A stretch of DNA of 64,000 nucleotides from an uncultured Acidobacteriota bacterium (lineage in GTDB: Bacteria > Acidobacteriota > Thermoanaerobaculia > Gp7-AA8), in assembly GCA_963822445.1 (NCBI GenBank), contig CAWGHO010000003.1:544001-608000 (forward strand), read 5' to 3'. Positions 1 through 9,768 of the stretch are shown piece after piece (the first letter of the stretch is position 1; each line of letters begins with the position of its first letter). The notes below the pieces were generated by a model. It was given only the letters and a program-made list of their open reading frames with translations. It did not search any database and was not told the DNA's origin. Made by a program: the position numbers and the translations under genes.

Positions 1-1
1 C

Positions 2-403
2 TTCTCTCTGCTCGGCACCATCTATGGCGGCGACGGCAAGTCGACGTTCGGCCTGCCGGATATGGCCGGGAACGTACCAGTTCATCCCGGGACTGGCTTC
101 TTTCTGGGGCAGATGGGTGGCAGCGAGACCGTCACGCTTCTCCAGTCGGAGATTCCCTTTCACACACACAGTCTCGCGGCGACGGTCGAAAACGGCACGC
201 AAGGCTCGGTCACGCAGGGCATCGCCCTGGCCACGTCGGTCGGCGGCCAGCTTTATCAGACCAATACGTCTGCCAATCTGGTCACCATGAATCCGTCGGC
301 GCTGGCCGTGGCCGGCGCCAGCCTGCCGCACAACAATCTCATGCCTTACCTGGTCGTGCACTTCTGTATCGCGCTCCAGGGCGTCTTCCCGCAGCGTCCG
401 TAA
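2..403 (+). CDS. Phage tail-collar domain protein (microcystin-dependent protein-like), 5'-truncated by window edge
   Basis: Frame open from base 2: FSLLGTIYGGDGKSTFGLPDM...GQMGGSETVTL...PHNNLMPYL..FCIALQGVFPQRP, the typical tail-collar protein signature. Confidence 0.9.
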   Translation, partial: FSLLGTIYGGDGKSTFGLPDMAGNVPVHPGTGFFLGQMGGSETVTLLQSEIPFHTHSLAATVENGTQGSVTQGIALATSVGGQLYQTNTSANLVTMNPSALAVAGASLPHNNLMPYLVVHFCIALQGVFPQRP

Positions 404-439
404 GGCTTCGATTCGATGAGAGACAACAGGAGAACATCC

Positions 440-1171
440 ATGAGCACGAACGGCCATCAGATGGGAAGACGCGATTTCCTCATCGTCTCTTCGACCGCGG
501 CTCTCGCTACCGCCACCGTCGGCCCGGAGCTTTTCGCCAAGGGTGCCGCCGCGGCTCCGACACGGCTGGCGGTCGGCTTCGCCCCGTTCGACGAGAACGC
601 GGCGTTGGTACCCGCATCGAGCGTTCCCGCCGGTGACGGGGCCTTCATCAGCCGCGGAGCGCGTATCGGCGTCTTCGGCTCGCGGACGTTTGCGGATCAG
701 CCGCGCGCGCGCCGTGCCGTCGACCTGCTCGCGCACTTTTCGGTGAGGGAAGGCTCCGAGCTGAAGAGGGTCCCTTTCCGCGCCTGGGCCTCCAGCCGCC
801 ACACCGGAAACGAAAGCAGCGTGGTTTCCTTCACCATGCCCGTCGACGACACGCAGAACCTCGTCTTCACCGTCGAGACCGAGCGTGGCCTTCCTTCCGG
901 TCTTGCTCCGAGCCGTCGTGAGGTATTCACGGCGCCGACGGAGTCGGCTCTGACGCCGGTGACGCTCAGCCTGAAGTCCGAGGCGGGGACGTTGAAGCTC
1001 GTCCGCGGCTTCTATGTCATCGCTCCGATGTTCGACGGTGATTCCGACCCGCGCTGGTCCGGCTACACCGTCAACCGGATGAACGACCGCTGGGCCCTCG
1101 TCGACCGCGACGGAAACGCCGCAGGCTTCGAGCACTTCGTGCTCCGGATCGATTACGCTTCCAAATCGTGA
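440..1171 (+). CDS. Hypothetical Tat-exported protein
   Basis: AGGAG upstream of ATG 440; N-terminal GRRDFL twin-arginine motif followed by a hydrophobic stretch. Confidence 0.7.
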   Translation: MSTNGHQMGRRDFLIVSSTAALATATVGPELFAKGAAAAPTRLAVGFAPFDENAALVPASSVPAGDGAFISRGARIGVFGSRTFADQPRARRAVDLLAHFSVREGSELKRVPFRAWASSRHTGNESSVVSFTMPVDDTQNLVFTVETERGLPSGLAPSRREVFTAPTESALTPVTLSLKSEAGTLKLVRGFYVIAPMFDGDSDPRWSGYTVNRMNDRWALVDRDGNAAGFEHFVLRIDYASKS

Positions 1172-1671
1172 TTCCTGCAGACACGGGTGATCGCGCCGGC
1201 TCCGGCGCGATCACTCTCCGCGAAGCGAACGGCGCCGACTACGACTTCATGCGCCGCCTCTACCACGCCGTGCGTGAAGAGGAGATGAAGCAGTTCCCCT
1301 TCACCGACGTCCAGAAAGTCGTCTTCCTGAACGAGCAGTTCGCGGCGCAGTTCGAGCACTACAAGATCCACTACCCGAGCTGCGAGCGGAACATCATCGA
1401 GCTGGACGGCCAGCCCGTCGGCCGCCTCTGGATCGACGAATGGAAAGACCAGATCCGCATCGTCGATATCGGGCTCATGCCCGGCCATCGCGGCAGCGGG
1501 ATCGGCACGAAGCTCCTTCAGGAAGTTCTGGAGCGGGGCGCTGCGGCGGGGAAGCCGGTCACCATCCACGTCGAGCGATTCAATCCCGCGCTGCGTCTCT
1601 ACGAGCGCCTCGGGTTCAAGGAAATCGACACCAACGGCGTCTACTTCCTGATGAAGTGGTCGCCCTCTTAA
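1168..1671 (+). CDS. GNAT family N-acetyltransferase
   Basis: Acetyl-CoA motif HRGSGIGT and NPALRLYERLGF; start overlaps upstream stop. Confidence 0.9.
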   Translation: MIPADTGDRAGSGAITLREANGADYDFMRRLYHAVREEEMKQFPFTDVQKVVFLNEQFAAQFEHYKIHYPSCERNIIELDGQPVGRLWIDEWKDQIRIVDIGLMPGHRGSGIGTKLLQEVLERGAAAGKPVTIHVERFNPALRLYERLGFKEIDTNGVYFLMKWSPS

Positions 1672-1967
1672 GTGAAGATCGCCTCGTACTCGTAGGTCTC
1701 GGACGTCTCGGAGACCGGCACGAGGAAGACGTCCATCGCTTCGAGCGACTCGTGCGTGACGTGGTAGATCTGCTGCTTGAGCTGGAACGATTTCGGTCCG
1801 ATGAAGAAGAGTGAAAAGGGGTGCCGCTTCAGCCGCGCCTGCTCGCTCTCCATGACTTTCGCTCCGCGGACCAGGCGCAGCTCCACCTTCGCCCCATTCG
1901 GAAATTCCGCCCAGAAACTGCTTCCGATATGCGGTTCGAAGACTTCGAAAGTGAGCTGATCGAGCAT
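1668..1967 (-). CDS. DUF6916-like small protein (tail-collar cluster associated)
   Basis: C-terminal 99 aa of the long 1668..3488 ORF: MLDQLTFEVF...PFSLFF.GP...LKQQIY...FLVPV...YEAIFT. Confidence 0.75.
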   Translation of the reverse strand: MLDQLTFEVFEPHIGSSFWAEFPNGAKVELRLVRGAKVMESEQARLKRHPFSLFFIGPKSFQLKQQIYHVTHESLEAMDVFLVPVSETSETYEYEAIFT

Positions 1968-2000
1968 GCCGCTTTTTAACACAGGCGCTACGATTGATCC

Positions 2001-2978
2001 ATGTCGGCAGTGGAAGAGCGTCCGCCCGGATCCGAGTCGCCTTCGGAGGAACAGAAAACCGATCTCGGATTCGGCTCCGTCGTACCTCGCGAGACCCGCC
2101 GCCGCCTTCTCAACCGCGATGGCACCTTCAACGTCCGCCGTGAAGGCGGCCGCTTCTGGGAATCGCTCTCCGCCTATCACTACCTCCTGACCATCTCCTG
2201 GCCGAAGTTCCTCGGCTACGTCGTCGGCAGCTATCTCCTGGCCAACGCCATCTTCGCCGTCATCTACGTGCTGGCCGGTCCGCACGCGCTCACCGGCGTT
2301 CACGCGGAAACGGTGGGCGGACGCTTCGGCGAGGCCTTCTTCTTCAGCGTCCACACCCTGGCCACCATCGGCTACGGCACCATCGCTCCGGCCAATCTCG
2401 TGGCCAACATCATCGTCACGATGGAGACGCTGATCGGCCTCGTCGGCGTGGCCGTCGTCGCGGGGATTTCCTTCGCGCGCTTTTCCCGGCCGGTGGCCAA
2501 GCTGCTGTTCAGCCGCCACGCGGTCATCGCGCCGTACCGCGGTGGACGCGCGTTCATGTTCCGGATCGTCAACCAGCGCAGCAACCAGCTCGTCGACCTT
2601 CAGGCCACCGTGCTGCTCAACCGCCGCAAGCGCGACGCCGCCCATCCCAACGAGCGGGAGTTCATCCCGCTGAAGCTCGAGCGCGATCGCGTCGTCTTCT
2701 TTCCCCTGGCCTGGACCATCGTTCATCCGATCGACGGGGACAGCCCGCTGCGCGGCTGGCGCAGCGAGGATCTCGTCGAATGCGACGTCGAGTTCCTGAT
2801 CCTTCTCAACGGCTTCGAGGAGACGTTTTCCCAGACCGTGCATGCGCGCTCCTCGTACCGCGCGGACGAGATCGTCTGGGGCGCGCGCTTCGCGAGCATG
2901 TTCAATCCCACGGATGAGGACGGTGTCCTTAGCGTCGATATTCGGAAACTGCACGACATCGAGCGCGTTCCGGTGTAA
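2001..2978 (+). CDS. Inward-rectifier potassium channel (KirBac-like)
   Basis: FFFSVHTLATIGYG selectivity filter, two TM helices, FARFSRP, WTIVHPIDGDSPL cytoplasmic domain motif. Confidence 0.92.
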   Translation: MSAVEERPPGSESPSEEQKTDLGFGSVVPRETRRRLLNRDGTFNVRREGGRFWESLSAYHYLLTISWPKFLGYVVGSYLLANAIFAVIYVLAGPHALTGVHAETVGGRFGEAFFFSVHTLATIGYGTIAPANLVANIIVTMETLIGLVGVAVVAGISFARFSRPVAKLLFSRHAVIAPYRGGRAFMFRIVNQRSNQLVDLQATVLLNRRKRDAAHPNEREFIPLKLERDRVVFFPLAWTIVHPIDGDSPLRGWRSEDLVECDVEFLILLNGFEETFSQTVHARSSYRADEIVWGARFASMFNPTDEDGVLSVDIRKLHDIERVPV

Positions 2979-3000
2979 ACAGAAAACGACGGGAGCCGTC

Positions 3001-4836
3001 ATGTACACCATGCGAAGCACAGCCCTGATCCTCATAGCGACGCTCGCCTCGCCGCTTCCGGCGGCCGATTGCGTGGTCGGCGGCGCCGCCGTAGCGCCGC
3101 ATCTCGAACGGGAGCGCATCGAGCGCACCCTTTCCGCGAACGCGGAGATCGTCGCTTCCTCCTCCTCGAGACGGCGAGCGGTCGGCAAGCCCATCGGCGG
3201 GTATGCGTCTCTTCCGATCGCGAACTTCATCGACACGCACATCGCCGCGAAGATGATCAAGGACAACGTGCCGCCGACCGTGATCGCCGGCGACGAAGAG
3301 TTCCTTCGCCGCGTGTATCTCGATCTGACCGGCAACATTCCGACAGCGACCGAGGTGCAGTCGTTCGTGGCCGATACGGCCTCCGACAAGCGGGCCAAAA
3401 AAGTCGACGCGTTGCTGAAGTCAGACGCGTTCGTCGATCGCTGGACGATGTGGTTCGGCGATCTGGTGCAGAACGTCCAGATCTCCACGAACAGCCGCGA
3501 GTACTACATCGGCCGCAACCTCTATTACTCCTGGATCAAAGACTCGATCCGAGCGGACAAGCCGTACGACGCGATGGTTCGCGAGCTCCTGGCAGGGGAG
3601 GGCGACAACTTTGTCACCGGCGTCGCGAATTACGTCGTCCGCCAGTTGCAGCGCAATGGTCCGCCCCAGGACACACTCGACAACCTGGCCACCCATTCCA
3701 CCGAGAAGTTCCTGGGCATGCCCGTGCTCTGCATCTCCTGCCACAGCGGGGTCGCCCACCTCGAGCTGGTGAACTGGTATCTCCGCGGCAAGACCCGCGA
3801 GGACTTCTGGAAGACGGCCGCCTTCTTCTCGCGGACCACGCTTCGCGGCCAGCAGTACACCGATCCGCAGAATCCGAACCAGCAGATCATCAAGTTCAAC
3901 GTCGGCTACAACCCGGCCGGCGTGTACATGCTGAACACGACCGACGGCAACAAGTCGGCGCGGCAACCTGCCCCCGGGCAGCCCGCCACGGTCACTCCGG
4001 CCTTTCTCACAACCGGCGAGCAGCCACGCGCGGGCGAGACCTATCGCGTCGCCTACGGCCGCATGCTCACCGCCGACCGCCAGTTCGCACGCGCCACCGC
4101 CAACTATCTCTGGAAGGAGATGTTCGGCCTGGCCATCGTCGAGCCGGTGGCGTCGTTCGACCTGGCCAAGCTCAACGAACAGGCCACGCATCCCGAGCTC
4201 CTCGAAGCGCTGACCGACGAAGTGATCGCGAAGAACTACAGCCTGCGCGAGGTCCTGCGCACGATCGCGATGTCCAACACCTATCAGCTCTCCGCGCGCT
4301 ACACACCGACCGCGTGGGCCGAGACCTGGGTCCCGTATTTCGCGAGGCGTTACCCGCGGCGGATGTCGGCGGAAGTGTTGTTCGATGCCGTCGCGACCGC
4401 GACGAATGTCCCCGGCAACTTCCAGGTCCAGGGTCTGACGCCGGTGACGAAAGCGATGCAGCTGCCTGATCCGCTCGAAGGCGGACGCCGCACACCCACG
4501 GCCCTTTTCCTCAACAGCTTCGGTCGCGGCGACCGCGATGACGTCGGCCGCACCAACGACAGCGCGATCTCCCAGGCCCTCGCGCTGATGAACGACGCCA
4601 CGGTGACGACGCGCGTCAAGCGCGCAACGCGCAACTCGACGGTCGAGCGCGTGCTCGCGTCGACGAGCGATCCCGGCGCGATCACCGACCAGCTCTACCT
4701 CGCGACGCTGTCGCGCAAACCGACCGCGGAGGAGCGTCAGGCCGCGATCGATTTCCTGCGGGAAGGACCGCTCGCCGAGCGGACCGAGGACCTGCAGTTC
4801 GTGCTGCTCAACACTCTGGAGTTCATCTTCCAATGA
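3001..4836 (+). CDS. DUF1549/DUF1553 (planctomycete cytochrome-associated) secreted protein with one CxxCH
   Basis: Signal peptide; DEEFLRRVYLDLTG.IP, FLG...CISCH, HPELLEAL, RRMSAE, LYLATLSR.PT motifs; start could be 3010. Confidence 0.88.
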   Translation: MYTMRSTALILIATLASPLPAADCVVGGAAVAPHLERERIERTLSANAEIVASSSSRRRAVGKPIGGYASLPIANFIDTHIAAKMIKDNVPPTVIAGDEEFLRRVYLDLTGNIPTATEVQSFVADTASDKRAKKVDALLKSDAFVDRWTMWFGDLVQNVQISTNSREYYIGRNLYYSWIKDSIRADKPYDAMVRELLAGEGDNFVTGVANYVVRQLQRNGPPQDTLDNLATHSTEKFLGMPVLCISCHSGVAHLELVNWYLRGKTREDFWKTAAFFSRTTLRGQQYTDPQNPNQQIIKFNVGYNPAGVYMLNTTDGNKSARQPAPGQPATVTPAFLTTGEQPRAGETYRVAYGRMLTADRQFARATANYLWKEMFGLAIVEPVASFDLAKLNEQATHPELLEALTDEVIAKNYSLREVLRTIAMSNTYQLSARYTPTAWAETWVPYFARRYPRRMSAEVLFDAVATATNVPGNFQVQGLTPVTKAMQLPDPLEGGRRTPTALFLNSFGRGDRDDVGRTNDSAISQALALMNDATVTTRVKRATRNSTVERVLASTSDPGAITDQLYLATLSRKPTAEERQAAIDFLREGPLAERTEDLQFVLLNTLEFIFQ

Positions 4837-6206
4837 AATGCAAATGCACACCGGGCGGCCAGCAGTTCCCCTTGCACGGTGAAGGCTTCTCGCGCAGGAA
4901 CTTCCTGCGCGTGGCCGGCACCAGCCTCGTGGCGTCGTACTTTGCGGACGTTCTCGATCCGCGGCTGCTGCTCGCGCAGACCTCGACGGCGAAGGTTCCT
5001 CTGCTCAACACCGCGAAGAGCGTGATCTTCATCTTCCTGCAGGGCGCGCCCAGCCAGGTCGACATGTGGGACCTGAAGGAAGGCGCGTGGACGCCCACCG
5101 ACTTCGCGCCGACTTCCTACGGCAGCGTGCGCTGGCCGCAGGGCGTCCTCCCGAAAACGGCGGAGCATCTCTCGAAGCTGACCATCGTCCGCTGCGGCCT
5201 GGCCTGGGCGGCCGTGCACCAGCTCGCGCAGAGCTGGGTCCAAATCACCCGCAACCCCGGCGGAGCCACCGGCGCGATCGCGCCGCACATGGGCGCCGTC
5301 GTCTCACTGGAAACGCAGGCCTCCCGCGCCATCACCGACATCCTCCCGGGCTTCATCGCCCTCAACTCCGGCGCGATCCCGACCTCCGGCTATCTGCCGG
5401 CGAAGTACGCGCCGTTCGGCGTGCAGACGAACGCCACCGGCCTGTCCACGCTTTCGCATCCCGACGGCGCGGCGCGCTTCGATCGCCGCTGGGATTTCCT
5501 CCACCGGCTCGACACCGCGCGCAGCACCGGCGCGCTCGCCAAGCCGTCAATGGACATGAACGATTTCTACGATCAGTCGAAGGCGCTCATGGAGTCGCCG
5601 GGGATCAACGAGCTGTTCTCGTTCAGCGAGACCGAGCGCACCCGCTACGGCTCGTCGACGTTCGGCGATTCGTTGATCGTCGCCCGCAACCTCGTCGCCG
5701 CCAAGAAGGGCACCCGTTTCGTCCAGACCACCCTCGGCGGCTGGGACCACCACTCCGACATCTACGACCGCAACGCCGCGCAGTCGATCTACGCGCAGTG
5801 CGCGGACTTCGACGAAGCCTTTGCCGCGCTGCTCACCGACCTGACCACCATGAATCTCCTCGACGAGACCCTCGTCGTCGTCCTCGGCGAATTCGGACGT
5901 ACGGTCGGCCCGCTCAACAATCAGGGTGGCCGCGATCACTACCTCCGCAACTCAATCGTCTTCGCCGGCGGCGGCACGACGGGCGGCCGCGTGATCGGCA
6001 AGACCGACACGCAGGGCGACAAGGTCCTCGAATACCAGTGGGCGGCGAATCGCGACGTGCGCACCGAGGATGTGACGTCGACGATCTACTCCACGCTGGG
6101 GATCGACTACACGACCGTTCGCAACGACGATCCCCTGGGCCGTGGATTCGAGTACGTGCCCTTCGCCAAGGAAGGCCTCTACCAGCCGATCGCAGAGCTG
6201 TTCTAG
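4833..6206 (+). CDS. DUF1501 family Tat-exported protein
   Basis: SRRNFL Tat motif; GAPSQVDMWDLK, GGWDHH, GEFGRT, GRDH motifs; ATGA overlap with upstream gene. Confidence 0.92.
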   Translation: MKCKCTPGGQQFPLHGEGFSRRNFLRVAGTSLVASYFADVLDPRLLLAQTSTAKVPLLNTAKSVIFIFLQGAPSQVDMWDLKEGAWTPTDFAPTSYGSVRWPQGVLPKTAEHLSKLTIVRCGLAWAAVHQLAQSWVQITRNPGGATGAIAPHMGAVVSLETQASRAITDILPGFIALNSGAIPTSGYLPAKYAPFGVQTNATGLSTLSHPDGAARFDRRWDFLHRLDTARSTGALAKPSMDMNDFYDQSKALMESPGINELFSFSETERTRYGSSTFGDSLIVARNLVAAKKGTRFVQTTLGGWDHHSDIYDRNAAQSIYAQCADFDEAFAALLTDLTTMNLLDETLVVVLGEFGRTVGPLNNQGGRDHYLRNSIVFAGGGTTGGRVIGKTDTQGDKVLEYQWAANRDVRTEDVTSTIYSTLGIDYTTVRNDDPLGRGFEYVPFAKEGLYQPIAELF

Positions 6207-6258
6207 CCGGAGCGCCGGCGTCCGCGCCGGCTGGTGCGCCGGCGTCCCGCCGGCACCG
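6207..6258. repeat. REP-like GC-rich palindromes
   Basis: Two GCCGGCG-TCC(G)-CGCCGGC hairpins in the intergenic gap. Confidence 0.55.
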
Positions 6259-6280
6259 CCCTGCTAAACTTCTCCCAACC

Positions 6281-7192
6281 ATGCAGGTCATCCTCTCGGG
6301 GAGCCTCCGGCACTTTCCGCCGGCCGAGCTCCTCACCTTTCTCTCTTCACGGGGTATGAGCGGGACGCTCGACTTCGAGACGGCGGGCAGGCGGACGCGG
6401 GTCTTTTTTCAGAACGACCGGATCGTCTGGGCGGAGTCGAACAAGACGACCGACGTCGCCGAGGCCGTTCTCGACGCGTTCGAATGGCCTTCCGGAACGT
6501 TCACCCTTCTCGATTCCACGGCCTTGCCGGATGGGGTAGCCGCGGTTTCGATCGAGCTGGCGACGCTCGTCGCCGAGGCGACGAAACGCGCCGCGGCGGT
6601 CTCGCCTTACCAAGATGCGGCGATGTTCCGCGTCGTCGAGAACCCGCTGCAACAGCAACTGAGCATCACGGCCGACGATCTGAAGATGCTCTTCCGCCTC
6701 TCGTCGCCGAAGTCTTTCAAGGATCTCGTCGCTGAAGTGGGCCTGCCGCCGAAAGAGCTCGGCGAGCGCCTCAAGAAGCTCGAAGATGCGGGACTGGTTC
6801 ATCACAACGATCCCGACAAAACCGATCCGGCCCTGAAGCCCGGCAGAAAGCGGACGCTCGTCGGATCGCTCACACCTGACGGAGCAGTGGACAACGTCTT
6901 CCCGCTGCTCGACGCCGAACAGACCATCGGCCGCGTCCCCACGAACAACATCGCCCTTCCCGACGCGAGCATCTCCTCGACCCACGCCCGCATCAGCCGC
7001 ACGCCGGAAGGCTTCTTCATCGAAGACCTCCAGAGCCGCAACGGCACGTTCGTGAACGGCGAGAAAGTCGACTCGAAACGCCTCCTCACCGACGGAGACC
7101 TGATCCGCCTCGGCAAGGTCATCATGACCTTCAACGTGGCCCGGGAAGGGAAGGCTGGCGAAACGACGCAGCCGGAGGTGAGGGTGGTGTGA
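6281..7192 (+). CDS. DUF4388 + FHA domain protein
   Basis: N-term LSGSL..F...ELL.FL.....SGTL (DUF4388-like); C-term FHA IGR...ISSTHA...DLQSRNGTFVNG. Confidence 0.85.
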   Translation: MQVILSGSLRHFPPAELLTFLSSRGMSGTLDFETAGRRTRVFFQNDRIVWAESNKTTDVAEAVLDAFEWPSGTFTLLDSTALPDGVAAVSIELATLVAEATKRAAAVSPYQDAAMFRVVENPLQQQLSITADDLKMLFRLSSPKSFKDLVAEVGLPPKELGERLKKLEDAGLVHHNDPDKTDPALKPGRKRTLVGSLTPDGAVDNVFPLLDAEQTIGRVPTNNIALPDASISSTHARISRTPEGFFIEDLQSRNGTFVNGEKVDSKRLLTDGDLIRLGKVIMTFNVAREGKAGETTQPEVRVV

Positions 7193-7277
7193 GGTTTCGA
7201 GGTTACGAGGTTACGGGGTTCCGAGGAGGAACCCGGTTTTCGACCTCGCAACCCCGTAACCCCGCAACCCCGGAACC
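7193..7277. repeat. Inverted octamer tandem-repeat hairpin element
   Basis: 4x GGTT(T/A/C)CG(A/G) at 7193-7226 mirrored by 4x (T/C)CG(C/T/G)AACC at 7244-7277. Confidence 0.85.
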
Positions 7278-9651
7278 ATGACCTACGCGCTCGCCATCGT
7301 CGGCTCCGGCCCGGCCGGTCTCGCCACGGCATCCCATGCACACGACAACGGGTTGTCGTACGTTCTCCTCGAGCGCACCGATCATCTCGCCGACACGATC
7401 TACAGCTACCAGGCGCGCAAGTTCGTCATGGCCGAGCCGGTGATGATTCCCGCGCGCGGCGATCTGCCCTTTCAGGCCGGCTCGCGCGAATCGATCCTCG
7501 GCGCATTCGCCGAGCACGCGGATGGCAAGAAGCTGAACATCGCCTTCAGCGCCGACGTGAAGTCGCTCAAGCGCGAAGGCGACGCGTTCACGATCAAGAC
7601 CGCGGCGGGGGAGAGCTATCAGGCAAAGAGCGTCGTCCTGGCCATGGGCACGCAAGGCAATCCACGGCGGCTCGGCGTGCCGGGCGACGATCTGGCGCAC
7701 GTCCTCTACCGCCTCGTCGATCCCGCCGAGCATCAGGACCAGGACATCCTCGTCGTCGGCGCCGGCGACTCCGCGCTCGAAATCGCCATTGCCCTCTCCG
7801 ACGAAAATCGCGTAGGCCTGATCGTGCGCGGACCGGAGATCACCCGCGCCAACGAGATCCTCACTCGCGAAGTGCTCTCGCGGCAGGCCGCGGGGCGCAT
7901 CACCATCTACTTCAACGCCAGCGTCAAGGAAGTCTTCGACGGTTACGCCGATCTCAACGTTCGCGGCGACGTCACGCGCGTCCCCGCGGAGCTGATCTTC
8001 CTCAAACTCGGCGCGGATCCCCCGCGCAAATTCTTCGACGCCTGTGGCATCCGCTTCACCGGCGAAGGCAAAGACGCGCGGCCGGTGCTCAGCCCCGTCT
8101 ACGAATCGAGCGTGCCCGGTCTCTTCCTGATCGGTGCCGCCAGCGGTCGCGATCTCATCAAGCTCGGCATGAACCAGGGCTGGGAAGTGGTCGAGCATCT
8201 GATGGGCCGCGAGGTCGAGCCCGCGGACGAAGCGGTGCTGCGGGAACGCCTGCCGTTCTGGGAAGGCTCGGTCCGCGAACGGATCGCCGCGTTGCGCACG
8301 CGCATTCCGCTGCTCGCCGCGGCTGACGAGCAGCAGCTACGCGAAACCTTCCTCGCCACGCGCGTCCGCGAGTATCGCGACGGCGAAACGATCATTCAGC
8401 AGAACGACTACACCAACGACTTCCTGATTATCGCCGGCGGCCGCGTCGAGCTCTGGCGCCGTCCGGAGCAGTCCTCACAGGAAGTGAAGATCGCCGAGCT
8501 CACCGCGGGCAATTTCTTCGGGGAGATGAGCCTCATCTCCGGCCGCCGCCGCACCGCGACAGCGAAAGCGGTGGGCGTGACGCGCATGCTGGAGATCCCC
8601 CGCAAGGCGATCCTGAAACTGCTCGCGAACGCGCCACGCGCCAAGGCACTCGTCGATCAGGCCTTCCTCCTCCGCGCGTTCGGCGGCTATCTCTTCCCCG
8701 GCGTCACCGAAGCCCTTCTCGGCGAGCTGGTCGCCAAAGCCGTCGTGCAGAACTTCGGCAAGGACTCGGAGGTCTTCCGCCAGGGCGACAAGGCCGATGC
8801 CTTCTACCTGATCCGGAACGGGATGGTGAAGATCTCCAAGAAGTCCGGCGACAAGGAGGTCGTGCTCTCGTACCTCGTGGCCGGCAACTTCTTCGGCGAG
8901 GCCGCGCTCTTTTCCGACGCCGGGCGCACCGCGACGGTCACCACGATCTTTCCCTCGGACCTGATCAAGCTCTCCAAGCGCGACTTCGACAACTTCCTGG
9001 CAGCGCATCCCGATCTGCGCGAAGCGCCGCTGCGCAAGCTCGAAGAGCGCCGCATCGCCGGGATTGATCGCCGAGGCCACGCCGGGGTCGGGCAACATCC
9101 TCGGCGACCTCATTCGCGAAGAAGTGGTCATGGGCACGCAGACCCTGATCATCGACGAGCACAAATGCATCCGCTGCGGCAATTGCGTGAGCGCGTGCGA
9201 AGGCGTGCACGACGACGGACAGGCCCGGCTCTCGCTGACCGGCATCAAGTTCTACAACCTCCTCGCGCCCAACTCCTGCTGGCAGTGCGAGAACCCGTTG
9301 TGCATGCTCGACTGTCCGCCCGACGCCATCTCCCGCGATCCCCGCGGCGAGGTTTACATCAAGTCCAACTGCATCGGCTGCGGCAACTGCGAGCGCAACT
9401 GCCCGTACGGCAACATCTTCATGGTTCACAAAGAGCCGTCGTTTTCTCTGTTCGGATGGATCAAATCCATCTTCACGAAGGCGAAGGAAGAAGTCGAACA
9501 GACCGTGGCCGTGAAGTGCGATCTGTGCCGCGGAATCAGCGGCGGCCCCGCGTGCGTGCGCGGGTGTCCGACCGGCGCCGCGATCCGGCTCACGCCAGAG
9601 CAATATCGGGAAACCCTCGAAGAACTGGTGATCTCGAGAGGGGAGCGCTGA
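7278..9651 (+). CDS. FAD/NAD(P)H oxidoreductase (TrxB/YpdA-like) - 2x cyclic-nucleotide-binding - 4x[4Fe-4S] ferredoxin fusion; apparent +1 frameshift near 9060
   Basis: GSGPAG and GAGDSA Rossmann motifs; two GNFFGE...R(T)AT cNMP domains; CIRCGNCVSAC, CWQCENPLCMLDCP, CIGCGNCERNCP, CDLC...CVRGCP; removing one G in GCCGGGATTG joins both ORFs (RRIAGLIAEA). Confidence 0.85.
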
Positions 9652-9744
9652 AATGCAGAATGCAGAATGCAGAATGCAGAAAGGTGAGTGGACTCCGCTG
9701 TCACGACCTGCTCTTTCTGCATTCTGCATTCTGCATTCTGCATT
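9652..9744. repeat. Perfect 32-bp inverted repeat built of AATGCAG heptamers
   Basis: (AATGCAG)4-AAAG at 9652-9683 and its exact reverse complement at 9713-9744. Confidence 0.92.
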
Positions 9745-9768
9745 CCGCGCGGCCGCCCAGAGGCGGCG

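Noticed and set aside
9055-9070. Programmed ribosomal frameshift between oxidoreductase and ferredoxin
   Set aside because: No slippery heptamer or downstream structure seen; an extra G in a short G run fits the error pattern elsewhere in the window
9688-9768. N-terminal extension with CSFCILHSAFCI as a possible metal-binding motif
   Set aside because: It is simply the translation of the heptamer repeat; the likely start is ATG 9769
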